DNA of 64,000 nt from Leucoraja ocellata (lineage: Eukaryota). The position numbers were made by a program, and so were the translations under genes. Below are positions 37,687-51,699 of this stretch, piece after piece (the first letter of the stretch is position 1; every line of letters begins with the position of its first letter). The stretch covers positions 6,448,001-6,512,000 of the forward strand of contig JAWMAR010000025.1 in the NCBI GenBank assembly GCA_036785375.1. The letters are read 5' to 3'. The notes beneath the pieces are model-generated. The model did not search any database and was not told where the DNA came from. It worked only from the letters and a program-made list of their open reading frames with translations.

Positions 37687-38564
37687 CTGTAGAGGTAAAA
37701 GGGCAGTTATTTCATCTGTGCCATTACTCGGGCCGAGATCAGTAAAGTTGCCATTGTATTCAGTGCTGGTTACTCAATGAACATTGTTTTGTTATTTTGA
37801 ACATTACATTGTTTTCACGAACATTTTATCCCAAGGGTTGCCTCGTCGTGTTTAACCATGATTGTCATCTTCATCAAGTCTCCCTCCCAACTACATAACC
37901 TTTCTGATGACTTCCGAGAACCAACCTTTCGTCCTCAATCAAACTTTATGAACCCAAACTGAACTCTTCCCATTCTATGTTCAATGCCGTTATATCCCTT
38001 TCCTCAGCGGTGCAATACTCATCGAGACCTTATTAACACAGATAGCTGAGCATGTGATGGACCATTCGTTTTACTGACTGGACCATTGTATGCTTGTACC
38101 CAGTTCAATAAACGCGAGTACAAGAAGGTGATAAGATGGTGAATCTTCCTTACCAAATCAATACACAGAAAATTATTTGAGTGATTGCTGAATAACAATC
38201 TGCGTCAAAAATAACAGAAACTCTGCAACAATCAAAAGCTGAAAGCATGCCTCTGATGCAGGAATATATTTGAAATTGGTTTTATGAAGAGGATGGGGTT
38301 TATGCTGGCCCTGACTATGTGGAGCATTTACAAGACCATACCCAGGGATATCATTTTGATTGTTGTAACTTTCAATCATAATACCAGACAAGTAATCTGT
38401 ACTGCAATTTCATAGATTTTATCTATTATTTATCCCAATTATTCCACAAGCATGAAGATTCTTAAAGAGTTAAATAATAACCAGTAATAATCAAAACCAC
38501 AACAACTTGTTTCCAATTACAGTTTGAACTAGAATTAGCATCTGGAGATGAAAAATGTACTCAC

Positions 38565-38620
38565 TTTTAAGGATATTCCTTTGCTCTAATTCTTCTGCAG
38601 TTGGCCTTTGACTCAGACGC
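38565..38620 (-). CDS. PHACTR4: PHACTR4 exon (RPEL3)
   Basis: RLSQRPTAEELEQRNILK; 56 nt. Confidence 0.95.
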
Positions 38621-38781
38621 CTGATGGAATGGAAGATAAATTACTACGGTCAGCTTCGTCTGAAGTACTTACAGTTTTAAAAAGCATGAGCAGCACCTTA
38701 CACTTCATGTCACACCAAGTGGAACAAATGCTCAATTTGATCCTCTTTTTAAAACTGTGTCAAGGCACCCGATAGTGAAAT

Positions 38782-39102
38782 GTTTAGTTTAATAGATACA
38801 GCCTGGAAACAGGCCCTTCGGCCCACCGGGTCTGTACCAACCAGTGATCCCCGCACTGTCTCCCTCCCACACACACACACACACACACTGGACAATTTAC
38901 AATTTACACTTATACCGGCCAATTAACCTACAAACCCGTACGTCTTTGGAGTGTGGGAGGAAACTGAACATCTCGGAGAAAACCCACGCAGTCACGGGTG
39001 AGCGTACAAAATCCGTACAGCCAGCGCCCGTAATGGGGATCAAACCCTGGTCTCCGGCGCTGCAAGCGTTGTAAGGCAGCAAGTCTACGGCTGCGTTACC
39101 GA
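38782..39102 (-). mobile_element. V-SINE (HE1-like)
   Basis: Same tRNA head, V domain and tail as 31918-32232. Confidence 0.85.
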
Positions 39103-40734
39103 CAACCGACCAACTAGAGAGAGGTCCTGAGCTACTATCTACCTCATTGAAGACCCTCAGACTATTTTTAATCAGACTTAACTGGACTTATCTTGGATTA
39201 AACATTATTCTTTACATTGTATCTGTTCACTGTGGAAGGTTGGATTGTAATCATGTATGGTCTTTCCACTGAATGGATAACATGCCACAAAAAGCTTCAC
39301 TGTACCTTGGTACACGTGACAATAAATTAAATTAAACTAAACATTACGCAGAGAGTGGCGGGTGCCTGGAATTTGCTGCCAGGGATGGTCGGCGGAAGTA
39401 AATACAATATTTCAGATACTTTTGCAAAGCACATAGTTGGGGAATGGAAGGATATGGATCACTGCAGGCGGAGGATAAAGCAGTTTTTTGTGCCTATGAA
39501 CATCCCAATTCACTTTATATTTTACCTTAGTGAAACAGTGTAGTACTTTGGAGTGCCAATGCTTGGATATCGAGTGTCATTCAGAATCCATATTTAAAAA
39601 ATAAAACTTGAATAATAGAGCAGTTTTTTTGTGCCTAAGGACATCCTAACGCACTTTATACATTACAACTTTAACATCTCCGGAGGGAAATAGCCAAAGA
39701 AGTACAAGGAAATTCAGCCACTGTTTCTACGCAAGAAAATACAATGGCCTATTTATTTGCAGAAAGCTCCTGCAAAGACCACCCTGATAATTCATAAGCT
39801 ATTTACTTTTAGTGCAGTTGGTTAAGATATAAATATTGGTCAAGACAAAAAAGACTCAGCTGTTTTTTGAGCATCTCTGGGAGGATTTACACATATCTAA
39901 GAGAACAGGGCTTTTAATCTGATTTAGATCATAAAACATGACAGAATTAGGCCATTCGGCCCCTCGTGTCTGCTCTGCCATTCGACCATAGCTGATCTAT
40001 TATTCCCTCGCAACCCCATTCTCCTGCCCTCTCCCCATAACCTTTGATACCCTTACTTATCAAGAACCTATCAACCTCCACTTTAACAATACCCAATGTC
40101 ATGGCTTCCACAGCTATGGGCCCACCACTGATTTTCTGTCACCCTTGGTTCCAGAGCCTGTCTGGATTATCTATATGGCAGCATTTCCAAAAATGCAGCA
40201 ATGCCTTCATACTGCACGTCCAGATAGTGAGTGCTTAGTAAGATCTCTGGAATGGGGGCTAAGATCAAAAACTTGAACTCAAAGTCTACCCATCAAGCCA
40301 CAAGGCTCACTCAGTAGCCGAATATCCATTATATGACAGTGCATGCATTTTGTCATAGCAAGCAAAGAATCCGAGGAGGACAAAGCAGTGTTCTCTACAG
40401 GATGGAGTTGCCGTTTCCTGGATGGGTGGAGCTGCCAGACAAGGTGGTTGAAGCAAGTACTACACCAGCATTTAAAAGAAACTTGGACAGCAAAGGTTTG
40501 GAAGGATATGGGCCAAATGCGGGTAAATGGGACTAGCTTAGAAGGGGCATTTTGGTTTGGTATGGACGATTTGGGCCAAAGGTCCCGTTTCCGTACGGAC
40601 AACATAGGAAATTGTTTTGCTGCACCCGGATCCAGAACTTGGGACGTGATACAAGGGTCATGAAAAATGGACAGATCCATCACTGGAGAAACACCATGCA
40701 TGCCACTATCCATCCCATTCATACGATTCCCCAC

Positions 40735-40891
40735 CTGATGAGAGCTGTTCCAATCTTCTGTCGAATCTCGAGCCTCTCCCGATCAGACTGGCGAGGTAGT
40801 ATGTTCTTCTCGATAAGTTCCTGCTTTGTAGGTCTGTTGCTCAGTTTAAGAGCCAAAGTATCTTTTCGCTTTACTTTATTGGCCAACGAAC
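40735..40891 (-). CDS. PHACTR4: PHACTR4 exon (RPEL2)
   Basis: [53 protein letters not shown]; 157 nt. Confidence 0.95.
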
Positions 40892-41214
40892 CTGCACACA
40901 ATTTTAATAAAGAATATGTAAAAACCGGTGTCCAAACTACAATTGATGAAAATTACTTTGTGGCGACAAAAGTTACTTTGTGGCTACAACCCGATATTTA
41001 TAAAATATCCAGATCATTATTTCAGGCAAGGCATATTAAATCTGCAAAAGGGCATATTTTACTCATTAGGCTGGGGTTATGGGAAAGGTTTCAATACTAA
41101 TTTGACATTTCCAACCTTTCATTGGTTGCTCATGTTGGTTTTAAGTTGGTGTGGTATGGTTTTACACAAATTGTTTGCATGTACATGGTTGAAGTTAGTG
41201 AAATAAATACGTAC

Positions 41215-41423
41215 TGGGCTGATCATCTTCCTCATCCTCATCATTGTCATCCCTGTACAATACTGGACCATCATCATCAGAGTCACTTGTATCTTCATCC
41301 TGTCTCACGAGCTCCGGAATGATAATGACTGTTGAAACTAATGTTGGATCATCCGCTTTGTCGAACCTCTGTTCTCCCTGTTCCTCCTCCTCTTCGTCCT
41401 CGGTGTTTTCATCATCAGAGGGA
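41215..41423 (-). CDS. PHACTR4: PHACTR4 exon (acidic region)
   Basis: PSDDENTEDEEEEE...SDSDDDGPVLYRDDNDEDEEDDQP; 209 nt, phases match neighbours. Confidence 0.9.
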
Positions 41424-42746
41424 CTGGTGATCAGGTTACAATGCACAAGGTTAGCTATGTAATGAAAGTATTGACCAGTGCCTTCCATGCAAAATGGCCA
41501 CATGACTGTAATCATGTATAGTCGTTTCGCTGACTGGATAGCACAACAAAAAAAACTTTTCACTGTACACATTCCAGTTGCAAACTATACTGGACTTTAA
41601 AAACGCCTCAATATCAACAGAATTAACCATACAAGTGACATTAGGACAACAGAAGGATGAGCAGATTGACCAGAGAAATGAATTCTTACAAACACATTGT
41701 ATTGAAGCAGCCAACTGGCCCAACCGTTCAATGCAAGTGTTGTACTCCCTATCCTCCTTACACCTCTTCCTCTAATCCCATCATTTTGCTTCTGGGTTGC
41801 CTTCCTTTTTAATCTGAATATATTTTAAATGCATATTTCTATAGTTTCTTATGATATAGGAGGCAGATATTCAACCTATTGAGTCAGTGCCAAGCAATCT
41901 CCCTCCATTACTACTTCTTCCCTGCAATGTATTCTCTGATCAACTCTCCGCAAGATTCTTATTATCACGTTAAGGACAAATTAGAATGGCACATTAACCT
42001 TGCACCATGCACCATGCGAGATGTGCGAATTAAATATAGAAGGCATAGAAGCATTGTTGGTGAACAAGCTGGCCAGACAATGTGGTTGAAGCAAATACTA
42101 CACCAGAATGTAAAAGAAACAGATAGTAAAAGTTTGGAAGGATATGGGCCAAGTGCGGGCAAATGGGACAAGCTTAGATGACGCATCTTGGTCGGCGTGG
42201 ACCATTTGGGCTGAAAGGCCTGTTCTGTGATGTATGACTATAACACAAAGCATTAGAGTTGTGGAAGAACATAGAAAATTGTTTTGCTGCATCCAACAGA
42301 TCCAGAACTTGGGACGTGACACTAGCATCATGAAAAATGAACAGTTCCATCAGTGGAGCAACACCAGAAAGACACACAACGTGCTGGATAAATGCAGTGG
42401 GTCAGGCAGCATCTCTGGAGGGCAGCAATAGGTGATATTTCAGGTCGGGAGCCTTTTTCAGACTGAAACTAGATCCCAAAGCCAGTCTGAAGAAGAGTCC
42501 CGACCCAAAAAAATGCCTATCCATATTCTCCAGAGATGTTGCCTGACTCGCTGAGCTACTTTGGCATGTTGTCTCTTTTTCTGGTGTTGCTCTAGTGATG
42601 GGACTGTCCATTTTTCATGAACCTAGTGTCACGTCTCAAGCAACTCTAGGGTCCAAAACTAACCTGCAGTTTCTTGTGTCTACTTTGCACTTTGAGAACA
42701 GAAAATGAAAATTGAGAACACTTATTGAATGAAAATCCACACTCAC

Positions 42747-43302
42747 CATTTTAACTTCTCCAAGGTGACTTGCAACCCTTTGTTCTTACTAGCATCATCA
42801 AGGGCAATATCAAAAAGGAGCGACTTTGCTGTATTCGAACCATCGGCTGCAGTGATGACTGGTCGAGGGCTGCAGAGTGCTTGCTGTATCATTATGTGCA
42901 GTGGAACTTGAGACTGCCGATTCGGGAGGATCTCGGCGTCAGACTGATGGTCAGGTAAAGAATGAGGCCGCTGATCTGGTTCTTTCTCACGTTGTACAAT
43001 GGTGTGAGAGAATGTCAACGTGGGTGGAATAGGTTTGACCAGTCTGGGTGTGAAGGACTGCCGAGGAGCGGGTTCCGGGGCGGAAGGTGTGCGTGAAGGC
43101 AATGTCGGTGACGACGCAGTTGCGTGCACTGATGACGGTACTTTCGACGGTAGCTGTACTCTCTCCTTGCTCTCGAATGCATTTTGGGTAGTGTTGTTTG
43201 GCTCGGATACAGGTGGGTTGAAGCTTATCCTCTTTTGTGGCACTGGTGGCGAATTCTTACCTGGCAAATTCAAGCCAGGGGTCATGACGTGACTTAGCTC
43301 CG
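42747..43302 (-). CDS. PHACTR4: PHACTR4 exon (proline-rich)
   Basis: AELSHVMTPG...PLHIMIQQALCSPRP...SLLF; 556 nt, AG/GTGAGT. Confidence 0.92.
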
Positions 43303-44759
43303 CTGAAAAATAATTTTACAAATGGAGTTGGTGTTCCAAAACTCGCCAGCTTTAAACAATGCAGCACTATTCATTGCTTAGAAACATAAGGTTTTTTTCC
43401 TGATCAGAGAATCATGAGACCTTGTGTGTGAAACAAACAGCAAGGCAATAGCTTAACTGGACAAAATAAAATATCCTATTGCAGACAATGGTGAACAGTG
43501 TATGAAAATATTAAATAGGATCATTCTGCTTAAGGTTGAACTTTCCTCTTAAATTTCCTACATTTGAGACTCTGTCTTGCAAGAACACAGATTAGAAACA
43601 TAGAAAAATAGGTGCAGGAGTAGGCCATTCGGCCCTTCAAGCCAGCACCACCATTCAATATGATCATGGCTGATCTAAAATCAGTACCCCATTCCTGCTT
43701 CTCGCCCCCCCCCCCCCATATCCCTTGATTCTTTTAGCCCTAAGAGCTAAATCTAACTCCCCCTTGAAAACTTAAAAAGGTTAAACTTAATTTATACATA
43801 CCTTCATGTCTCAAGCTCTTGCACCAACCAGAGACATGCGCAGACATCAGATTTATGACATCAGAGAGACAACAAATTAGTAATACTGCATCAAGATTGC
43901 AACATCGAGTGATGCTGCTATATGTGGACACTGTGACAGGGAGAGGCTGCTACACAAACTCAGACATGTTTGTTACAATATTAGCTCCCCTGAACGCAAG
44001 AAACCAAGATTGGAGGGGACCACATTTCAATTCACTCACTCTTAACCTTCACTCAATTAGAATGAAATGGAAATACCTTTTAACTCCCCAACTCCCTCCA
44101 TCACAATCCTGACTATTTGAACTAATTTCATACTTAAAATTTAATTTTCATTTTTCTGAGTCAAATATTCTCCGTACTTAAACTTTCACCTAGCAGCTAC
44201 AAAGTTTGGACAATAAAACTGTGACACCTTCACTTGGCTAATATCCAAAATACCAAGTTCACAAGATGGATAACACATTTGTTACCCTGACATCTTGTAA
44301 ATATATACAATCACAACAAAATTATCATGGAGTGGTGCCTGGAGATTTTCATCTACATCAATCAGCATACCAAATCCATTGGAGTTCTGCCTTTTTAAAA
44401 AAGAATTAATCCTTGTTTGCTCATCTCAATCTTTCAGAAAACCTGTCTACTGTTCTCTGTGACAATTAAGCAGCTTGCAGTCAAAGCTCACCCTTCAACA
44501 AAGTGAATGCAGTAATCCAATTTCATTCAAAAGGGGAAAAAAACTATCCATTGACTCATCTTCAGTGATCAGCAACGGGTACGATTCAGAGAAATTGATC
44601 ACAAATATATCCACCAGTAAATATCTGACAAATTAGTTTCTTACATTTGTAAATCACTAATGAGGTCAATTACATTTCATATAACTTTTCATTTCAGTGT
44701 AAAATTCTACCGACTTTTAACGCAAGTTGTGTTATGCACAGTTGCATGCCTTGACTCAC

Positions 44760-45110
44760 CGTATAAAGGATTGCTATTCCGGTTGGGTTTTGGAGGTGGG
44801 ATGGGAGGTTGCTTAACAGGGGCCGTGGTGGTCGAGGTGATAGCTGTACTTGAAACAGTAGTGATCGCATTTGTAGTGGTGGCCAAAGATTGTGTGGTAC
44901 TGGAGGTAGTGATAGAACAGGAAGTTGAAAAGGTGGAGATAATGGGAGAGACATCCTTGGCATCAGTCACATTGGCTCCAGAATCTTCCACCTGCTCCTC
45001 GCTTGTCTCCAGAGTAGGAGCTGAAATGGGTCTTTTGGGAGGAAGCAAAGCCCGTCTCTGGTCACGCATGGGCTCCATTTCCGACAGTGGACGTCTCTCC
45101 AAAGCCTCTG
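44760..45110 (-). CDS. PHACTR4: PHACTR4 exon
   Basis: RRALLPPKRP...APVKQPPIPPPKPNRNSNPLY; 351 nt; CAGCAG acceptor. Confidence 0.92.
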
Positions 45111-45744
45111 CTGGAGAATAATATTGAAAGTAGACATATATCAAGCAGAGAAAGCATTAAACTAGCAAAGCAAGGACAAATGAGAAAAACAAGCATAAAA
45201 TACAAAACTAAACACCACTAGTTTGGTCGCGCATTGACAATGTATGTGGAAAAAAATGGCTTTCACTAAAAAAACAGACATGGAAATGTAAAGGATGCGG
45301 TACCACTTTCCTCTTAATCTTTTGAATTCCAACAATGGAACAAAAAAATTGATTGACAAAATCACTATAATGTTCATTTTAGGACTACGCATAGATTATC
45401 AACTGGATAATAATCTTGTTTGCCCTTTCCCTTTTATTTACGGTGGGAGGGAATGGGTGGCGTTGACTTATTTTAAAATCAATTTATTTTAAAATTAAGC
45501 CAATATCCAGGCAGAAACCTAGGTGCTAGGTAACAGTTTGAAAGGGACACCAAGTTGGTCAGAAACCAAGATCTTGAGGACCATAGTAAATATACAGAAC
45601 TTGCTGAGTTCAAGACCAACATTTTCAGTTTGATAAATTGACCTGAAGGGTTTGGTAAGTAGTACAAAATGATTGAGGAAGTTGGCCATACAAATTATTT
45701 TTTGTATGTTCAAGTCAAGGAGGATCTACGTTAAACGGATTGAA

Positions 45745-46225
45745 GAATCCTGGGATGTCAGGACTGTCTTATGAAGAAAGACTGGATAGACTTGGTTTAT
45801 ACTCTCTAGAATTTAGAAGATTGAGAGGGGATCTTATAGAAACTTACAAAATTCTTAAGGGGTTGGACAGGCTAGATGCAGGAAGATTGTTCCCGATGTT
45901 AGGGAAGTCCAGGACAAGGGGTCACAGCTTAAGGATAAAGGGGAAATCCTTTAAAACCGAGATGAAAAGAACTTTTTTCACACAGAGAGTGGTGAATCTC
46001 TGGAACTCTCTGCCACAGAGGGTAGTTGAGGCCAGTTCATTGGCTATATTTAAGAGGGAGTTAGATGTGGCCCTTGTGGCTAAGGGGATCAGGGGGTATG
46101 GAGAGAAGGCAGGTACGGGATACTGAGTTGGATGATCAGCCATGATCATATTGAATGGCAGTGCAGGCTCGAGGGGCTGAATGGCCTCTACTCCTGCACC
46201 TAATTTCTATGTTTCTATGTTTCTA
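45745..46225 (+). mobile_element. Young CR1/HER1-like 3' fragment
   Basis: Intact ORF end PGMSGLSYEERL...GIRGYGEKAGTGY*, 3' UTR and (tttctatg)n tail. Confidence 0.92.
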
Positions 46226-46663
46226 ATCTGGAAATATATGTCAGGAGAAAACAACGATCTATCTGGAATGGTTTTCAGATTTCTAAATCAGATACAACTG
46301 CTGTTGTCCATCTATGCAGCTGAGTAGACCAAGCACTGGATCAAGCTCAAAAAGTATTTACCCAGTTCCTAGTTTATAGTTTTGAAATTTGGAAAAAGGT
46401 CTGTGGGTGAGAATAGGTCAGTACCCTGCCACTATAAGCTACTTTACTAGTGTAAGGCTGGCTGCTTTTTAAAAATAAGTTTCAAGTGCCAAATGTAAAA
46501 TATCATTTATACCGTGAACACATATGACACAATTTCTCTCTTGGTCATCTTCCTTTACAATCATAAAACAATAACGAGGAAGGTTTTTGTAAATGTTCAA
46601 AATAGATAAAAGCAATGTCTTGCAATTAAAACAAGATCTCTCTGCATGGTTTTGATTTCTTAC

Positions 46664-46858
46664 CTTTCGTTTTTTTAAATTCTGCAGCAGAGTTAATAAT
46701 TTTTTCCTCTTTTTCCTGTGGAGGTTTCGAAACACTTGGTCTTTTCTCAGCTGCAGCTGGTACTTCTGGCTCCTTTGAGGTGGACAATTCGCCCACAGGG
46801 ACTGTGTGTCCATTCTTTAGTGTACTGTTCTGGTCAGGTTTGCTGTTAATTTCCCCAT
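46664..46858 (-). CDS. PHACTR4: PHACTR4 exon
   Basis: DGEINSKPDQNSTLKNGHTVPVG...; 195 nt; LKNGHT conserved; this frame is missing from the ORF track. Confidence 0.9.
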
Positions 46859-48179
46859 CTGCAATAAGGGAAAATGAGAACCCTATTTTTGACAGATATA
46901 TCGAGATGTTTTATGCAGATAGGGGAGGGAAGATGACAGAAATAGTCAAAGTGAATGAGGGCAAGGTGGAAGTTGGTAAAGTTGATAAAATCAACAAGAC
47001 CTGCACAGGTGCGGGAGTCAGAACTTGAAAGGTAGGTTTGAAGCTCCAGAACTAGTTACGCTGGCAACTTTAGTGGAATCAGGTTCTATTTTCCATTGCA
47101 AAGATGCAAGCTCGAGGCAAAAAACAAATTGGTAGCTTTCAAGTTCCAATTACACACTTTATAACACAGGATGTAGGTGTTTGCTTCAGTGCATTAGCGA
47201 TGACTCTGATAGAAAAATCCAATTAATCCCACTCTCCTGCTCTTTCTCAGGATATTAAATAGTTTCCTTTTGCAGTATACATCAAATTTCCTTCTGAAAA
47301 TGACTACCGAGCACCTATAATCATCACACTGTCAGGCAGTTCATCCCAAATTATAATGTGAGCAAATAAGACTTGCTGAGATGGGCATCTTGGTTGGCAT
47401 GGATGAGTTGGGCCGAAGAGCCTGTGACTCAATAACACCAGCAGCTGTGTAAAAAAAAATCTGTTCCATTTACTTCTTTGGTCCCTTGCATCTAACACTC
47501 ATACTGAGGAAACAATTTGTCCCATACATTCATGCTCACACAGTCACCTGAAGATTGCTTCAAAGTATATACCAATTAATTGCTCAAACGGATCACCGAA
47601 AAGTTTATTTTGCATACAATTAACTTTCCCGGTATGCTTGGCCAATTTTGTGCAAAGCTTTACTTCATAATTTTGGTTCCTGACACAATTTTTGTTTTCA
47701 GAAAAGATTAATATTCTCTGGTGTGGCTACATTAGAGAGAAATATGACAGATATTGTCATTGTATTTAAATTCACATTTAGTAAATGTCATGTGTTAGGT
47801 TGGTGGGTTGATACATTTTGGTTATTAAGAAACTACTCGGAATCAGAGCCGTCTCAGAAATCTCATTAAAAGTGGAAAATTATGTCAAAACTAATGAAAA
47901 TGCCTCTTGAGGAAGAATCTCAGCTTGGAGCACTAATACCCTGTCCAAGATTATTTTTACTGCTAACAATTATTTTGTGGACTGCAATACAAGAACTAGC
48001 ATCATCTAGACATCAGCACCATAGATTATTGCAAGCCTCTTAAACGTGAAATAGTTCTTCATTCCAGAATCTATCAATGTAGATTTATATGAGGTACAGA
48101 GGCAAAGCTGGTCAAAGAATAATAAAACAAAAGAGTCAGCATGAGACTTCAGTAGAGGCAACGTACAAGACTGCATGTG

Positions 48180-48532
48180 TAGGAAGGAAGTGCAGATGCT
48201 GGCTTACACCGAAGATGAGACACAAAAAGCTGGAGTACCTCAGCAGGTCAGACAGCATTCATGGAGAAAAAGAATAGATGGAGATCCAGTATGCGTTTGG
48301 CTTCGATCTGATAATGGAGGAATCCCAGGACAGAAAGGCCAGTGTGGGAATGGGAAGGGAAACTGAAGTGTTTGGCAACCGGGAGATAAGGTAGGTCTGG
48401 GCGGACTGAGCGAAGGTGTTCGCTCACCAGCGGCCAAACGTAAATTGGAGGAACAGCACTTCATATTTTGCTTGGGCTGCTTACAACGCAGTGGTATGAA
48501 TATTGATTTCTCTAACCAAGTAGCCCTTGCAT

Positions 48533-48570
<38 letters not shown>

Positions 48571-48620
48571 CATTCCCCACCCAAGTCGTACTAGCTTCAA
48601 AGTTGTCCTGTTGAGTCTCA
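48180..48620 (-). mobile_element. Degenerate Penelope 3' fragments with (TC)n
   Basis: Terminal-repeat piece plus GIY-YIG C-terminal remnants in both orientations (KLEEQHFIFCLGCLQRSGMNIDFS on the + strand). Confidence 0.6.
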
Positions 48621-51030
48621 TTGTCTGTAACTTGTATAAGTGCATCCTGCACATGTGTTCCACTGAAGAGGCAGGAACTGTTCTCTTTGTGCAGATTATT
48701 TATTGTCTTCGGCATACGCAGTTCCTCGTTTTACTATTCCTATGTACCTTTACAGTGGAGATGGCGGAATTTCTTTAGTCAGAGGGTGAAAATCTGTGGA
48801 ATTCATTGCCTCAGACGGCTGAGAAGCCAAGTCATTGGGTATTTTTAAACCAGAGATTGATCGGTTCTTGATTAGGAAGGGCGGCAAAGGTTTATGGGGA
48901 GAAGGTAAGAGAATGGGTTTGAGAGGGAACAATAGATCAGCCATGATTGAATGGCAAGGCAGACCCGAGGGGCAAAACAGCCTAATTCTGCTCCTCTGTC
49001 TCATGATCTTATTTAAATCTTCACAAGCGACAGCAGTTAATTCATGGCCAAGAAAACAACTCCTCGGATGTACCTACGAGCCTCACCTCAATCCCGAGCC
49101 TCAGCTTCACAAGATGACATTGTCTCATTAGCAAAAATATACAGCAAGCTGGTAAACTTTAAAGAAGTCTCCCGTCACCTTTGTTCACATTTAGTTTTTT
49201 TTTTCACCGTCATGTACAGACATAGCTCTTTCTTAAACATATCATATCAGACACTTCAACTACTTCTTGTAGTAGTAACTTCCATTTTCAAGTATTGGCC
49301 GGTGTGGACAAGTTGGGACGAAGGGCCTGCTTCCACGCTGTAAGACTCCATGACTGACTATATTCCTTAGCATACTGGATTCCACAAATAGAGGCCATAT
49401 TTATCAAACACCATCATAATTTTTCAAGACCTCTGTTCAATAATTAGTACTTTCAACAGTCACTTTCCTTTTTAATACAAAGATATTGACCTTTATGGCC
49501 GTAAATATGCAACCCGAAAGTGTCAAAATGCAATGCTGGATTACAGGGATATAACTTTCAGGAAAGCAGCTGCCATTTGGCCATTTTTGCTTGTATTGGT
49601 TCTTTCAAAAAATCCAAAACACAAAGTGCTGGAGTAACTCAGCGGGTCAGGCAGCATCTGTAGAGGAAATATACAGGTGACCTTTCGGGTTGGGAGCTTT
49701 CTTCAGAATGAAAAGTCACAACCCGAAATGTTCCTCTATCCATTCCCTCCATGGATGCTGGCTGACCCGCTGAGTTACTCCAGCACTTTGTGATTTGCTC
49801 AAGATTCTGGCATCTGCAGCTCCCTATATCTCTTTCAAACAACTGTTCAATTTATGACTAACAAGCCCTGAAAATGAATCATCCTGAAGGGCAATTATTA
49901 AAGAATGCTTCATTTTTTCATGTAGAGGATTACATATGTAACGGGAAAAAAATTCAGAGGTTTTCTCTGAATTTTCCCAGACATGAGCTGTCTGACAGCG
50001 AGATCTATTGGTTACACACCTATTCTTCCCTTCTATTCAAGCAAATGTTTGTTTCAAGTGGACATCTAATTCCCTTTTGAAAGTTACAAATTGATCTATT
50101 TCTCCCCACTCATTTAGACAGTGCTTTCCAAATGATAAAAAGTACAGAATCTACAGCAACCAACAGTGCCATTCCGTCCAATTGTTTCCCATTAAACAAA
50201 GAAGATTGAAAGATCTAATAGAATTATCCAGTGTTGAGGTTATTTTATGAAGCAAGTTGTTATGTACAATGTAAAGCTACTTTCATCCTACTTCAGTGTT
50301 GGCATAATGTATAAATCTATCCACCCTCAAATATTTATAGAAATTGGCCTTGATTGGATCCATGCTGTTTATCTCAACTATACCAAGTTCCGCATTCAAA
50401 TCACTCCACTGAGAAAGTAATTTCTCCCGCATTTCTTATAACCATGTTGACACTTCAAGGAAAGAACACATCACACTAAACCATTAGCTTTAGCTTCATT
50501 TGGTTTAAACTATTAGCTGATTTGCAGCAATCATGCTGAGTTGCAAGCTTGAATTGTGGAAGCATCAACAGGCTCGCAAAAGGAATTATAACTATTGTTG
50601 TCACCAGGCACTAGCGTAGTCGGTAACAAACCGTACATATTTTCCATGTATTAATTTCATATGAAAATTCACTGAACTGTTGAATTTCATTTACTGCCCA
50701 AAATTGTTGGCTGTCAGTGACCAGTTCAACATGTTGGTGCTACAAAGCTCAAAATACTTTGTCCATTTTCATCTGTGAAAATGTTTCCCAGTTAACTCTA
50801 CATTGGACTGGGTACTTTATACTGATTAGGTGGGAATGGTAAGGACACTTTCTCAAGCTCAAAGTTGTACCTTAATGAAATTGTACCTGGTGACAACACT
50901 AGATCACTGTGCAAAAATCACGACATCAAGGCATTCCTCAAAATGTTTAATAGGGAGAAGGGATCCAACTTAATCATTCGGTTTGGCTGTTTAATGAAAT
51001 CTCTCTTCATTCTGCACACATCATACTTGC

Positions 51031-51111
51031 CTTGTTCAGGAATCTCTTTCAATACTCCCTTCTTAACCAGTTCAGCTCTGCTCTGTCTCACAGATAATTT
51101 CCTGTCCAAAA
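51031..51111 (-). CDS. PHACTR4: PHACTR4 exon (RPEL1), followed by a GC donor
   Basis: VLDRKLSVRQSRAELVKKGVLKEIPEQ; 81 nt; donor AAG|GCAAGT. Confidence 0.92.
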
Positions 51112-51699
51112 CTGGAATTATAAAAACATGACCGTCAACAGGCTATCGAATAAATTATTCTCCACGAGCTCCCTCATGAAGCAAGATCATAGCTCCTGTC
51201 ACAAATAAAAGAATTAAGTCAAAAGCTGGCAAAATTTATCTATATGAGTATCTTAGGTCTCGAAACATTCTACCAGAGTCCAGAAGATATGATGGAAATA
51301 GTGTCCAGCACATACTGAAACATACTCTGAACATTACTATTCATCAGGAAGTATTAGCCAAGGATTAAGTGGATTTGGTCTATCAGTGAGCACACTGGGT
51401 CAAGAGAACGTTGCCATCTTAAATCATATGGATCTACCTTACTGAAGAGTTCTGAGCAGTTTTAATGGAACAAGTTATTCAGGCTTTTGAAGCCCATACT
51501 ACTGGATTGATGTCGGTAACATTTAAAAAAAATATCCTCTGAAGAAAATTATAATTTTAGCCATTGAAATATTTCATGACAAAACCACGGATTTTCTGCA
51601 CAATTCAGTTTCTACTCGTAATGATAAAGCTTTCAATGAGTCTCTATGGGCTATAATCTACAAGTTGTAAAGAGCTTAGAGCAGTAATGTACTAGGCAT

